From an uncultured Acidobacteriota bacterium (GTDB lineage: Bacteria; Acidobacteriota; Vicinamibacteria; Vicinamibacterales; UBA2999), in assembly GCA_963757735.1 (NCBI GenBank), contig CAVWST010000041.1, forward strand, positions 133,932 to 197,931: a DNA stretch of 64,000 nt, read 5' to 3'. Within the stretch, counting starts at the first letter, position 1; each line of letters starts with the position of its first letter. Positions 28,953 through 37,785 of this stretch are shown piece after piece. The notes beneath the pieces were generated by a model that saw nothing but the letters and a program-made list of their open reading frames with translations, had not been told where the DNA came from and ran no database searches. Both the position numbers and the translations under genes were made by a program.

Positions 28953-29348
28953 GTGCGGTTGATTGCCTGTCTCACAGGTGCTTGCTTCGCGTTCCTGACA
29001 CTTTCGGTCTCTGCGCACCACTCTCACGGCCAATACGAAGAGACATTTCGTGACATCGAAGGCGTCGTGAAAGAGTTGCATCTGCTCACGCCGCACTCCT
29101 GGGTCTATATCGAGGTCAAGGATGGGTCGGGCGCGCCGCAGATCTGGGCGCTCGAAGCGACGACTCGCGGGCAGCTCGAGAAGATGGGTGTCACGCGCGA
29201 GTCGCTCAAGAGCGGCGACGTCGTGAAGGCCCGATGCCATCCGCTGAGGGACAAAACCAACGGCTGCCTGCTCGGCTTTCTCAAAACGAGCGACGGCACG
29301 ATCAAGGACTGGGACGGCGGGAACGCCCCCGCGCCCAAGGATTTCTAG
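28953..29348 (+). CDS. Small secreted protein with predicted mature N-terminus HHSHG (DUF6152-like by recollection)
   Basis: 131 aa: MRLIACLTGACFAFLTLSVSA|HHSHGQYEETF..VVKELHLLTPHSWVYIEVKD..WALEAT... It is a paralogue of 32565..32957. Confidence 0.7.
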   Translation: MRLIACLTGACFAFLTLSVSAHHSHGQYEETFRDIEGVVKELHLLTPHSWVYIEVKDGSGAPQIWALEATTRGQLEKMGVTRESLKSGDVVKARCHPLRDKTNGCLLGFLKTSDGTIKDWDGGNAPAPKDF

Positions 29349-29370
29349 CCCGCGCCTGGAGTAGCCGGTC

Positions 29371-30102
29371 ATGCGTACCAGAGCATTCGTGTTCGGATTG
29401 CTGCTGCTGTCGACGCCCTGCTCGCTGGCGGCGCAGGAGTGGGAGGAATTCACGAGCCTCCAGGACGGCTTCCGGCTCAACTTCCCCGGCAAGCCGACAG
29501 TGACCGAAACCAAGTGGACGTCGCAGTTGAACTACGTCCTGCCCGCACGTGTGTACTCGGCGGCCAAAGACCGCGAACGCTATTCCGTAACCGTCGTCGA
29601 TTACAGCGGCATCGAGCAGCAAGGCGTCGAGCGGGCCAAGTCGTGCCCGCCAGGGAACGCGAACTGCCGCGCGAATGCGCCCGAGGCGCTGGGCCCGGGA
29701 TATGCGAGACACGACGAACGCGGAGCGATCGTCTATGCGACGTTCAAGCTGCTGCAACGTGACGCCAAGCTGAATTACCTTGCCTGGGAGTGGCAGGATC
29801 TGGTCGAGGGGCACATCGTCCAGCTCACGAACAACGCCGATCAGTCGCGAACGTTCGCATGGGTCGGGATGCATCAGCAGAAGCTGTACATCCTGGAGGG
29901 CACCGTGCCGGCCAACTACCCGGAGCCAGGGCTGTTTCAACAGTCGATGCAGTGGGTGGATAAGGACGGAAACGGGGTCCGCTATCGCACCATCTACTCC
30001 AACTCGTATCACGGCATGGGCGTGTATCCCGTTCCCGCGATAGTCGGGCGTGGAGGCGGCCCGGCTGGAGCGGCGGACAGCCCCGCAGCTCCAGGAAAGT
30101 AG
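29371..30102 (+). CDS. Secreted protein of unknown function, paralogue 1 of 3
   Basis: Signal peptide MRTRAFVFGLLLLSTPCSLAAQ. Shared blocks EW.EF.S..DGF..NFPG.P, LPARVYSA, TVVDY..IE, C..(7-8 aa)..C, DLVEGH, TVPA..PEPGLFQQ, IRY.T.Y. Confidence 0.7.
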   Translation: MRTRAFVFGLLLLSTPCSLAAQEWEEFTSLQDGFRLNFPGKPTVTETKWTSQLNYVLPARVYSAAKDRERYSVTVVDYSGIEQQGVERAKSCPPGNANCRANAPEALGPGYARHDERGAIVYATFKLLQRDAKLNYLAWEWQDLVEGHIVQLTNNADQSRTFAWVGMHQQKLYILEGTVPANYPEPGLFQQSMQWVDKDGNGVRYRTIYSNSYHGMGVYPVPAIVGRGGGPAGAADSPAAPGK

Positions 30103-30770
30103 TGATGCGCGCGTGCCCGATCGTGGCGGCGTTCGTCCTGCTGTCGATGGGAGGCGCGACCTTCGCGCAAGAATGGACCGAGTTCGTCAGCAAAGAGGAC
30201 CTCTTCTCGACCAACTTCCCCGGCACTCCTCAGATCACTCAGTCGACGTACCGATCGGAGTTCGGCGCGGACCTGCCTTCGCACGTGTACAGCGCGAGTC
30301 TCGGGCCGAGCCGCTTTTCGATGACGGTGGTCGACTACCGCGCCATCGAGAAAATCCTCACGGAGAAATCGAAGGCATGTCCGCCGGGCGCAGAGACCTG
30401 CCTGGGAGGAACCAATCCTGGCAGTTCCACAGGCGCGGGATACTGGAAGGTGGACTACGCGGGCGCGCTCATCTACGCGACGCGGCAATTCTTGAAGCGC
30501 GACGCCGTCCTGACTGAGTTCGTCTGGACCAACATCGACCTGGTCGAGGGGCACATGCTGCACCTGACCAACGCGGACAAATCGCGAACCTACGCGTCGA
30601 TCTTCATGCACGCCGACCGGCTCTACATCGCCGAGGCCACGGTGCCCGCCGGCGCGCCTGAGCCAGGGCTGTTTCAGCAGGCGCTCGGCTGGATCGACGA
30701 GAACGGGAAGAGCATCCGCTATCAGACGCTCTACCACCACGGCCAGTCAACGCCGCCCCGCGCGCGCTGA
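30102..30770 (+). CDS. Secreted protein of unknown function, paralogue 2 of 3
   Basis: Its start overlaps the upstream stop (30100-30102). Signal peptide MMRACPIVAAFVLLSMGGATFAQ. Same conserved blocks as 29371..30102. Confidence 0.7.
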   Translation: MMRACPIVAAFVLLSMGGATFAQEWTEFVSKEDLFSTNFPGTPQITQSTYRSEFGADLPSHVYSASLGPSRFSMTVVDYRAIEKILTEKSKACPPGAETCLGGTNPGSSTGAGYWKVDYAGALIYATRQFLKRDAVLTEFVWTNIDLVEGHMLHLTNADKSRTYASIFMHADRLYIAEATVPAGAPEPGLFQQALGWIDENGKSIRYQTLYHHGQSTPPRAR

Positions 30771-30794
30771 CGCCCATCAGTCGGGCCGGGCGAA

Positions 30795-31739
30795 CTACTG
30801 GCACCTGCTGGCGCCGGCTGTGTTTCCCTCGCGCGCGCCGTCTCGATAGACCTTGTGGCAGTTCGCGCACGACTCGTTGAGTCGATCGGCCACCTTGACG
30901 ACGGCGTCGACGTTGCGAGTCTGCGCCGCCTTGTAGACCTCCCGACCGACGTCCATCAGCGCGGCGGTGTACTGCTTCCAGTCGGCGCGATCGATGGGAA
31001 CCGGCTTGCCGTTCTCGCAGCGTCGCCCCGGCAACAAGAAGAGCGGCGCGGTCTCGACGAGCGCAAGGGCGGCCTGATCGACTGCCTGCCAGCCGTAGTA
31101 CACCGTCGAGCCCCACTGGACATAGTCGAACGGTATCGGCATCGCCGGCTTGTCCTTGCCCGGATCTTTCACCTGCACGTTGAACAGAATGTTCGCGTTG
31201 GGAAACGTCACGCCTCGCATCAACTGCGCCAGATTGCCGGCAACGGCGAACGACGACACCGCGCCAGCCCCCGCGGCCGCTTGAACAGCCGGAAACGTGA
31301 TCTGCGTCAATACAGCAGGCTCGAGATCGGTCTGTCCTGCCGGAAACTTGCCTGCCCTGAGCAGGAACGCCGCGAGATCGATCGCCTGCGGGCGGGACAT
31401 GCTGCCGGCCGCCTGCGGCGGCATCGTCTTCTCGATCTTGTCGACGAGATCGGCCAGCGATCGCGTCCCCCACGCGGAGAGAAAGCCAGCGCCAGCCAAC
31501 GGAGGGCCGACGACCCCCTCGAGCGCCTCGCCGTGGCACATCACGCATTGCACCTTGTAGAACTGCTGCCCGCGCGCGGCCTGTGCGTCCGAATAGACGC
31601 GGTCCGAGACGGCTCGCGATTGACCAGCTTGGCCGGGTGACGAGACCACGGCGGCGAGAGCGAAGAACACCACGATGACAGATGCTCGACGCGAAGTCGT
31701 AGAACTCGAGGGAAACGTGGGCATTGTCCAACCCTCCAC
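30795..31739 (-). CDS. Di-haem c-type cytochrome (N-terminal class-I-like CVMCH, C-terminal CANCH)
   Basis: 314 aa. CVMCH lies at 31533-31547 and CANCH at 30855-30869, the latter 20 residues from the C-terminus as in cytochrome c'/class II proteins. An N-terminal TM/signal segment is present (SVIVVFFALAAVVSSP). Confidence 0.8.
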   Translation of the reverse strand: MEGWTMPTFPSSSTTSRRASVIVVFFALAAVVSSPGQAGQSRAVSDRVYSDAQAARGQQFYKVQCVMCHGEALEGVVGPPLAGAGFLSAWGTRSLADLVDKIEKTMPPQAAGSMSRPQAIDLAAFLLRAGKFPAGQTDLEPAVLTQITFPAVQAAAGAGAVSSFAVAGNLAQLMRGVTFPNANILFNVQVKDPGKDKPAMPIPFDYVQWGSTVYYGWQAVDQAALALVETAPLFLLPGRRCENGKPVPIDRADWKQYTAALMDVGREVYKAAQTRNVDAVVKVADRLNESCANCHKVYRDGAREGNTAGASRCQ

Positions 31740-31842
31740 CGGATGACAGGTCGCGGATTATAGCTTGCGTGGCCCTGCCGTTTTGGGCAGTATCTCCGCA
31801 CCCACCGAACCTGCTTGCCGCGGTTGAAGCGAGGAGGACGCC

Positions 31843-32553
31843 ATGCGGTTGTTTCCACTGATTCCTGCGGCGCTGATCGTCTCCCTCTCACAGCCCGTCC
31901 TCGCTCAGGACTGGACGCGCTTTGTCAGCACCGAAGACGGGTTCAGCGCGAACTACCCGGGCCAGCCGAAGGTCGAGACCAGCACGTACACGAGCGAATA
32001 CCGTCAACAATTGCCCGCCAGGGTCTACACCGCCTCCGACGCACTCGGGCGCTACTCCACGACGGTCGTGGACTACCGGAATATCGAGAAGCTGCACGCC
32101 GATCGAGCCGCGAAGTGCCGCGCCGCAAACGGCGACGGCGATTCGTGCCAGAACGATTTCCGAGTCGACCTCGCCGGCGCGACAGACCACGCCGTGTGGG
32201 ACTACATGAAGCGCGACGGCGTCAAGATCACGCACTACATGTATTACTTCGTCGAGCTCGTGTCGGGACGGCTGCTGCAGATGACGAATCCCGATCAGAC
32301 GCGGACGTTCGCCGCGATCCATCAACACGCCGGCCGCCTCTACATTCACCAGGCGACTGTGAGCGCCGGCATGCCGGAACCGATTCTGTTCATGCAGGGC
32401 CTGGCCTGGGCTGACGAGAAGGGGCTGGCGATCAGGTACCGAACGATTTACACCGAAGGCTACGGCGAGTGGAAGTTTCCCAACGACCTGCCGCCGCACA
32501 CCGTGCGGGATCTGAACACGTCGATCGACGGAACCATCCCACCGAAGAAATGA
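31843..32553 (+). CDS. Secreted protein of unknown function, paralogue 3 of 3
   Basis: Signal peptide MRLFPLIPAALIVSLSQPVLAQ. Same blocks: DWTRFVSTEDGFSANYPGQP, LPARVYTA, TVVDYRNIE, MPEPILFMQ, IRYRTIY. Confidence 0.7.
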   Translation: MRLFPLIPAALIVSLSQPVLAQDWTRFVSTEDGFSANYPGQPKVETSTYTSEYRQQLPARVYTASDALGRYSTTVVDYRNIEKLHADRAAKCRAANGDGDSCQNDFRVDLAGATDHAVWDYMKRDGVKITHYMYYFVELVSGRLLQMTNPDQTRTFAAIHQHAGRLYIHQATVSAGMPEPILFMQGLAWADEKGLAIRYRTIYTEGYGEWKFPNDLPPHTVRDLNTSIDGTIPPKK

Positions 32554-32564
32554 GGAGGGCGACC

Positions 32565-32957
32565 ATGCGTTTCAAGGCCTTCGTCGTTGCGTTCGCGTGC
32601 GTGTCGTGCCTGGCGACGTCACTCATTGCCCACCACTCACACGGCAACTACGACGTGCAGACGTGGACGACGATGGAGGGCACCGTCAAGCAGGTCATCT
32701 TCATTGTCCCGCACTCGATCATCTACCTCGATGTGAAGGGTGGGAAGGGCGAGATCGCCACATGGTCGCTCGAGGCAACAAACCCCCAGGGCATCTTCCT
32801 GAAGGGCGTGAAGAAGGAAGACGTGCAAGTGGGAGACACGATCAAGGTGAGGTGCCATCTGCTCCGCGATGGTGGTCGCGGCTGTCTGCTCGGCTTCGTA
32901 ACGCCGATGCACGGCGACAAGGCGCGCGGCCACGGCGTCGAGATCGAATGGGACTGA
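32565..32957 (+). CDS. Small secreted protein with predicted mature N-terminus HHSHG (DUF6152-like), second copy
   Basis: Internal ATG at 32565 in track ORF 32469..32957, preceded by GAGGAGGG. Sequence MRFKAFVVAFACVSCLATSLIA|HHSHGNYDVQT..VKQVIFIVPHSIIYLDVKG..WSLEAT.. Confidence 0.7.
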   Translation: MRFKAFVVAFACVSCLATSLIAHHSHGNYDVQTWTTMEGTVKQVIFIVPHSIIYLDVKGGKGEIATWSLEATNPQGIFLKGVKKEDVQVGDTIKVRCHLLRDGGRGCLLGFVTPMHGDKARGHGVEIEWD

Positions 32958-32963
32958 GCAAAC

Positions 32964-32989
32964 ATGTGAAGGGGTCTGACCCCGCACAT
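32964..32989. repeat. REP-like hairpin ATGTGAAGGGGTCTGACCCCGCACAT between convergent genes
   Basis: Read directly. It lies between the stops at 32955-32957(+) and 32991-32993(-). Confidence 0.8.
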
Positions 32990-32990
32990 A

Positions 32991-33932
32991 TCAGCTTCCG
33001 TTTGCAGCAAAGTCGTTCCAGGTATGCAGCGCGTAGTACAGCGGCGTGTGGTCGATCAGCGCGTCAGGCCACGTGATCTGGATGTTCTGCTGTGAGAGGT
33101 TGACGATGTCGAGCATGACGCGGCTGCTGCCGAACACATCCTGAATGAAGTGCTTGACTGTCGGCTCGCTGGTGCCCACCTGGCCGTCCTTGTTGATCCA
33201 GCGCAGATGGTTGACATGCGTGTAGCTGCCGTGAGGAAACGCGAGTATCTGTGACGGCACATGCGTGACCACATCGTGGTCGTTGACGTAGCGAGTGCTG
33301 CGTTCCACGAACTGGCTGTCGAAGTGCCCCGCGAACACACCGTTGCCGACACGCGGCGAACCGAACGTGCAGACGCCGGCCGCGCGCGCGCCCCGACGGA
33401 ACGCCGCCAGCGTTGCGAGGGCGCCTCCCAGGCTGTGACCGGTAAACCATACCGGGCGATCGGCCAGCTTGTTCAGCGCAGCCTCGAGCGGTTTCCACAC
33501 TGGCTCGAGCGCTTTACCAAATCCCTGATGCACGTGTCCGACGTCCCACGGCACGGCCTTCAGGAGCACGTCACTGAAGAGATCCTGCCAGGCGTCGGGT
33601 TGCGTTCCCCGGAACGTGACGATCGCAAAGCTGGCGCACTGCGCCAGGTAACACTCTGTGCCGCTGCCTGCAAAGGCCTCGCATGAGTCCATCTGCGCGC
33701 GCGACTTGAACACATCGCGCACGACGCTCACGTCGTGGTTGTAGGCGATCCATGCGGCGTCCGCCAGCCACCACGCGTTGACCCGCGACCACGAGGTGGC
33801 GTCAGGAACGAATCGGTGCGTGGCGGCATCCTCGAACGCGACGTACTTCGTGGGGTTGCTCTCGGGGTGAAGCAGCAGATCTCGCTGGAGCTCGAACGAG
33901 GGGTTTTTCGGAAGCTCCTTCTTGGTCGGCAT
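32991..33932 (-). CDS. Class 3 lipase-like alpha/beta hydrolase
   Basis: This is the C-terminal 313 aa of track ORF 32991..35033, starting at ATG 33932 (MPTKKELPKNPSF..). Nucleophile elbow FTGHSLGGALA. The upstream part of the ORF is antisense to the esterase gene. Confidence 0.85.
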   Translation of the reverse strand: MPTKKELPKNPSFELQRDLLLHPESNPTKYVAFEDAATHRFVPDATSWSRVNAWWLADAAWIAYNHDVSVVRDVFKSRAQMDSCEAFAGSGTECYLAQCASFAIVTFRGTQPDAWQDLFSDVLLKAVPWDVGHVHQGFGKALEPVWKPLEAALNKLADRPVWFTGHSLGGALATLAAFRRGARAAGVCTFGSPRVGNGVFAGHFDSQFVERSTRYVNDHDVVTHVPSQILAFPHGSYTHVNHLRWINKDGQVGTSEPTVKHFIQDVFGSSRVMLDIVNLSQQNIQITWPDALIDHTPLYYALHTWNDFAANGS

Positions 33933-33983
33933 GCTCGGGCAGGATAACACCCGCTTCAGACTAGAATCACTCGAATCGGAGGG

Positions 33984-35108
33984 GTGATCGTGAAGACGAT
34001 GTCTGCCGCGTGCATGGTGGCCGCTGTTGTTGCGGTAGTGATCCTCGAGACAGGTGCGACCGGAGTCGTAAGCGCGCAGGGGCGCGGCGCCAAGCCTGCA
34101 GCTGCGGCCACGGGAACGGTCGACAAGATCGTCGTCCATGGCAAATCGCTCGAGGGCAATCTCGAGGGCGACTCGCCCGATCGTGAGGCGACTGTCTATC
34201 TGCCTCCGACCTATGCGAGCGACCAGTCGCGACGCTTTCCCGTGATCTACCTGCTGCACGGGTACGGCGGACGAGAGGACACCTTCACTGAACGTCTCGC
34301 CAGCCTGCAGCAAAGCAGCGACACACTCGCCGCCGCGCAAGGCTTCAGCTCGGCGATCGTCGTGACGCCGAGCGCCTACACGCTCCACAAAGGCAGCATG
34401 TATTCGAATTCGCCGACGACGGGCGATTGGGAACGCTTCATCGCCGAAGATCTCGTCGCGTACATGGACAGCCACTACCGCACGCTTGCGAATCGGATGA
34501 GCCGCGGACTCGCCGGTCATTCGATGGGTGGCTACGGTGCGCTTCGGATCGGCATGAAGCGGCCGGATGTCTTCTTCAGCCTCTATCTCATGAGCTCGTG
34601 CTGCCTGACGGCCAATCGCAATCCCAATCTGGAGTCGATGGCGGCGTCCGAAGCCATCAAGACGCGCGCGCAGGCGGAGGAGGCGGCAAGCGGGCGCGGC
34701 TTCGGTCCGTCGGTCAACCTGGCGTCGGCTGCTGCGTGGTCCCCGAACCCGAAGAACCCGCCACTCTTCCTCGACCTTCCAGTCAAGGACGGCAAGGTTC
34801 GCCCTGACATCGTCGCGAAGTGGGTGGCCAACTCGCCGATCGAGATGCTCGAGCAGCACGTGGCGAACCTGAGGAAGTACTACGCGATCGCCATCGAGAT
34901 CGGCACATCGGACGGACTGCTCGCGTCGAACAAGCAGTTGCACGAGACGATGACGCGACTGCAGATCCCGCACCACTACGAGGAGTACGACGGCGATCAC
35001 ACCAACAGGGTACGAGAGCGAATCGAGCGGCACGTGCTGCCGTTCTTCTCGAAGAACCTGGCGGCACCGGCGAACCCAACGTCGCCATCACCGGAAAGCA
35101 ATCACTGA
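33984..35108 (+). CDS. Secreted esterase (putative esterase / esterase-D-like alpha/beta hydrolase)
   Basis: 374 aa with ..RFPVIYLLHGYGG.. and GLAGHSMGGYGAL, plus an N-terminal signal/TM segment. Confidence 0.8.
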   Translation: MIVKTMSAACMVAAVVAVVILETGATGVVSAQGRGAKPAAAATGTVDKIVVHGKSLEGNLEGDSPDREATVYLPPTYASDQSRRFPVIYLLHGYGGREDTFTERLASLQQSSDTLAAAQGFSSAIVVTPSAYTLHKGSMYSNSPTTGDWERFIAEDLVAYMDSHYRTLANRMSRGLAGHSMGGYGALRIGMKRPDVFFSLYLMSSCCLTANRNPNLESMAASEAIKTRAQAEEAASGRGFGPSVNLASAAAWSPNPKNPPLFLDLPVKDGKVRPDIVAKWVANSPIEMLEQHVANLRKYYAIAIEIGTSDGLLASNKQLHETMTRLQIPHHYEEYDGDHTNRVRERIERHVLPFFSKNLAAPANPTSPSPESNH

Positions 35109-35273
35109 CGGAGGCACCGAAGATGAAGCGAGTGACGGGATCCGATCGTCCACGTGCATCGCGACTCGGACAGCGTGAAGGATCCGATCGCGCACGTGAT
35201 CCTCAACGTAACCGACAACGAACTGATTCAACGAGCAGCGGCGTCGAGCCGTTGACATCGAGAGGAGCCTGCG

Positions 35274-36494
35274 ATGAGCTCGAGACTTGCGTCGATTGTC
35301 CTGGTCACCACACTCATCGCCCAGGCTCCGTCACATGCGGCCGGTCCGCGCATCGCTCCAGTGCCGGAGAGCCAACGGAGCGCCGAACAGAAAGCGCTGG
35401 CCGAGAGGTTCGCATCATCAGCGATACCGAATGCCGTAGCCACGTACCTGAATCATCCGTTGCTCGCTGAGCACATTCTGCCGTTCGAACACTACGTCTC
35501 GAGCGATTCGGGACTCCCCCCTCGAGACCGTTCGCTGCTGATCCTGCGCACCGCGTGGCTGACACGCTCCGATTATCTCTGGGCTCATCGAGCGGGCGCG
35601 GCGCGGCAGGCGGGCGTGACGACCGACGAGTTGAGGCGCATTGCCGAAGGCCCTGGCGCAAATAGATGGGACACGTTCGACGCAGTGTTGCTTCGCGCAG
35701 CAGACGAACTGCACGTCGATTCGTTCGTCTCCGACGCGACGTGGCAGGCGTTGAGCGAGCGTTACAACACGAACCAGCTGGTGGATCTCGTCGACACGGT
35801 CGGCACGCTCACGATGCACGCAGGGGCGTTCAATTCGCTCGGCCTCGAGATCGAGCCGGGACTTCCGGAACGGCTTCCGACCGGGATCCCGCACACGGTA
35901 GCGGCGACACGAACGAACGTGCGCCTGCTGGGACGAGAGCCCCGCATTCCACCGCTCGAGCCCAGGGACTGGACGCCCGAGCAACGCAAGCGATTCGATC
36001 CCAACGGAACCGGCCAGCGCGCAGCAAACGTCTTCGTCACGTTCGTGCGCAATCCTCCTGCGGATCGCCTGCGCGGTCCCATCAACCAGCACATTCTCAA
36101 TTCCACGACGCTGTCCGTCCGGCAGCGTGAAACGCTGTTGATGCGCATCGGCGTGCTGTGCCGCTCCGAGTACGAGTGGGCAGCGCACTCGAGGCTGGGA
36201 CGACGGGCCGGGATGACCGACGCCGACGTCGCGCGCATCGTGGCGGGTCCCGAGAGCGGCGGCGGGGATCCGCTCGAGGTTGCTCTGATTCGCGCGACGG
36301 ACGAACTGTATCGGGACGATCGCGTCTCCGACGAGACGTGGGCCGCGCTCGCGAAGGGACTCGACACGAAGCAACTGCTCGACGTGCTCATTGCGGTCGG
36401 TGGCTATCGGGCAACGTCGATGGCGATCAACAGCGCCGGCGTGCAGCTCGACGCCAACATGGCGGACTTCCGTTTTCCGGCGTCGTTACGTTAG
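35274..36494 (+). CDS. Secreted protein with two carboxymuconolactone-decarboxylase (AhpD-like) domains
   Basis: 406 aa. Duplicated blocks ..RTAWLTRSDYLWAHRAGAARQAGVTTDELRRIAEG.. and ..RIGVLCRSEYEWAAHSRLGRRAGMTDADVARIVAG.. Confidence 0.75.
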   Translation: MSSRLASIVLVTTLIAQAPSHAAGPRIAPVPESQRSAEQKALAERFASSAIPNAVATYLNHPLLAEHILPFEHYVSSDSGLPPRDRSLLILRTAWLTRSDYLWAHRAGAARQAGVTTDELRRIAEGPGANRWDTFDAVLLRAADELHVDSFVSDATWQALSERYNTNQLVDLVDTVGTLTMHAGAFNSLGLEIEPGLPERLPTGIPHTVAATRTNVRLLGREPRIPPLEPRDWTPEQRKRFDPNGTGQRAANVFVTFVRNPPADRLRGPINQHILNSTTLSVRQRETLLMRIGVLCRSEYEWAAHSRLGRRAGMTDADVARIVAGPESGGGDPLEVALIRATDELYRDDRVSDETWAALAKGLDTKQLLDVLIAVGGYRATSMAINSAGVQLDANMADFRFPASLR

Positions 36495-36539
36495 AGCTAT
36501 TCGAGTAGACGCGGGTCTTCCTGGCCTGAGCAGCGTCAA

Positions 36540-37605
36540 GGCAACCCGCCTGAGGTATCTAACGAACGTCCGTGGAGGCAACGGATCACCACGGAGCCAC
36601 GGGGACACGGAGGAATCCGAAGACGTGAGCGGGTGGGCCGCGCGTCGCGCGGCCCAACCGCGCTTCTCCGCGATACCACGCCGTCAAGCGCGCTCGTCGG
36701 TTGCCAGCTGAACCCAGTTCCATGCGAGCTGAATGCTGATCGCCTGCAGCCGGCTCGTTCCCGGCGCGATCGATCCCTTGCTCGCGCTGGGTGTGCTCCC
36801 CGCTGTTCAAACGGCGTGCGGCGCAAACCCGAGCAAGCCGCCGATCTGGCGGCGATTCTGAAACTGCCGCCACACCAACCCCTCGTCGAGCAGCACCGGA
36901 GGCGCTCGTCGTTGCCACGCCTTTCAGCTGCACCAAGCTGTCGCACGCGGGGTCGCCGGCGGCCGCCGCGCGCACCGCCGCCTGTTGCTGCGTGTCGAGC
37001 TCGGCGAGTCTGCGTCTCGAGCACTGCCAGGCGCGTCGCCGCGCGCGCCAAGCCGCGCTTGCACTTCCTGGGGCACGAGGTGCACCCGCCCAATCACGAC
37101 ACCGTCGTCCACCAGCCGAGGGCGCCGACGCGTCGGGCAGCGTGGCGCCCCACGTCGCCAGCCAGCCCGCGCATTTGATTGATCAACCGGGTCTGCTCCT
37201 CCGTCAACTGCCGTCCGCTCCCGACTAGACTTGGCGGGCGGCCTCGTCCGCGACGCTCGGGACGTGCACGACACTCCACACGTCGCTGCTCGCCGAGCAC
37301 CGCCCGCGACCAACATCGCGCACCAATTTCGCAAGCGTCCAGGCGATCCGTCTTGGCGCGGCGCTCCCGCCGGCTCACCTCGATGCTCGCCGAATCGACC
37401 ACGCGATTGGCTGACGCCCAGCTCGCGTCAGCGCCCGGTGCACCCAGAATCCGTCGCGGCCCGCTTCGTAACAGCTCGCCACTCGAGCACTCGGCGAGAG
37501 CCCGAAGCGCTGCCGTCCCTCGCTCAGGCTGCGCTCGGACCGCGCGCAAATCGCGCCGCCGTCACCGTCCTGTACCACCGGCTCAATACCGAACCCCGCC
37601 GTCAT
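36540..37605 (-). mobile_element. IS110-family transposase gene remnant (multiple frame breaks)
   Basis: Fragments 37375..37605 (..VASCYEAGRDGFWVHRALT..), 37094..37549 (..VVDSASIEVSRRERRAKTDRLDA..EEQTRLINQMRGL..) and 36586..36975 (..REQGIDRAGN..) follow the N-to-C order of IS110/IS1111 DEDD transposases. Element ends are not defined. Confidence 0.6.
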
Positions 37606-37785
37606 GCGCCAACTTCCAGCTCTTCTCTGCCCAACTCAAATGCTACATACAGCGTGGGCTCGTTGTACACTCACAGATGCAGGGTGCGGTCGTCGCAGTC
37701 ATCACAGCCTCCTCTCGTCTCCGCGGTTAACCGTTTCCTCCGTAACCTCCGAGAACTCACGAATGTGTCATAGCATGAAAGGGTA

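Noticed and set aside
30604-31731. 375-aa minus ORF overlapping the cytochrome c gene
   Set aside because: It is an alternative frame with extreme Arg/Gly content. The frame of 30795..31739 carries both CxxCH motifs and a signal segment.
33933-35033. N-terminal 367 aa of the 680-aa minus ORF 32991..35033
   Set aside because: This part is antisense to the well-supported esterase gene (33984..35108) and has no recognisable features. The lipase domain begins at ATG 33932.
36633-37773. Several plus-strand ORFs of 145-183 aa (36633.., 36791.., 37179.., 37231..)
   Set aside because: They are antisense to the IS110 transposase fragments, have Arg/Pro/Ser-rich composition and contain no motifs.
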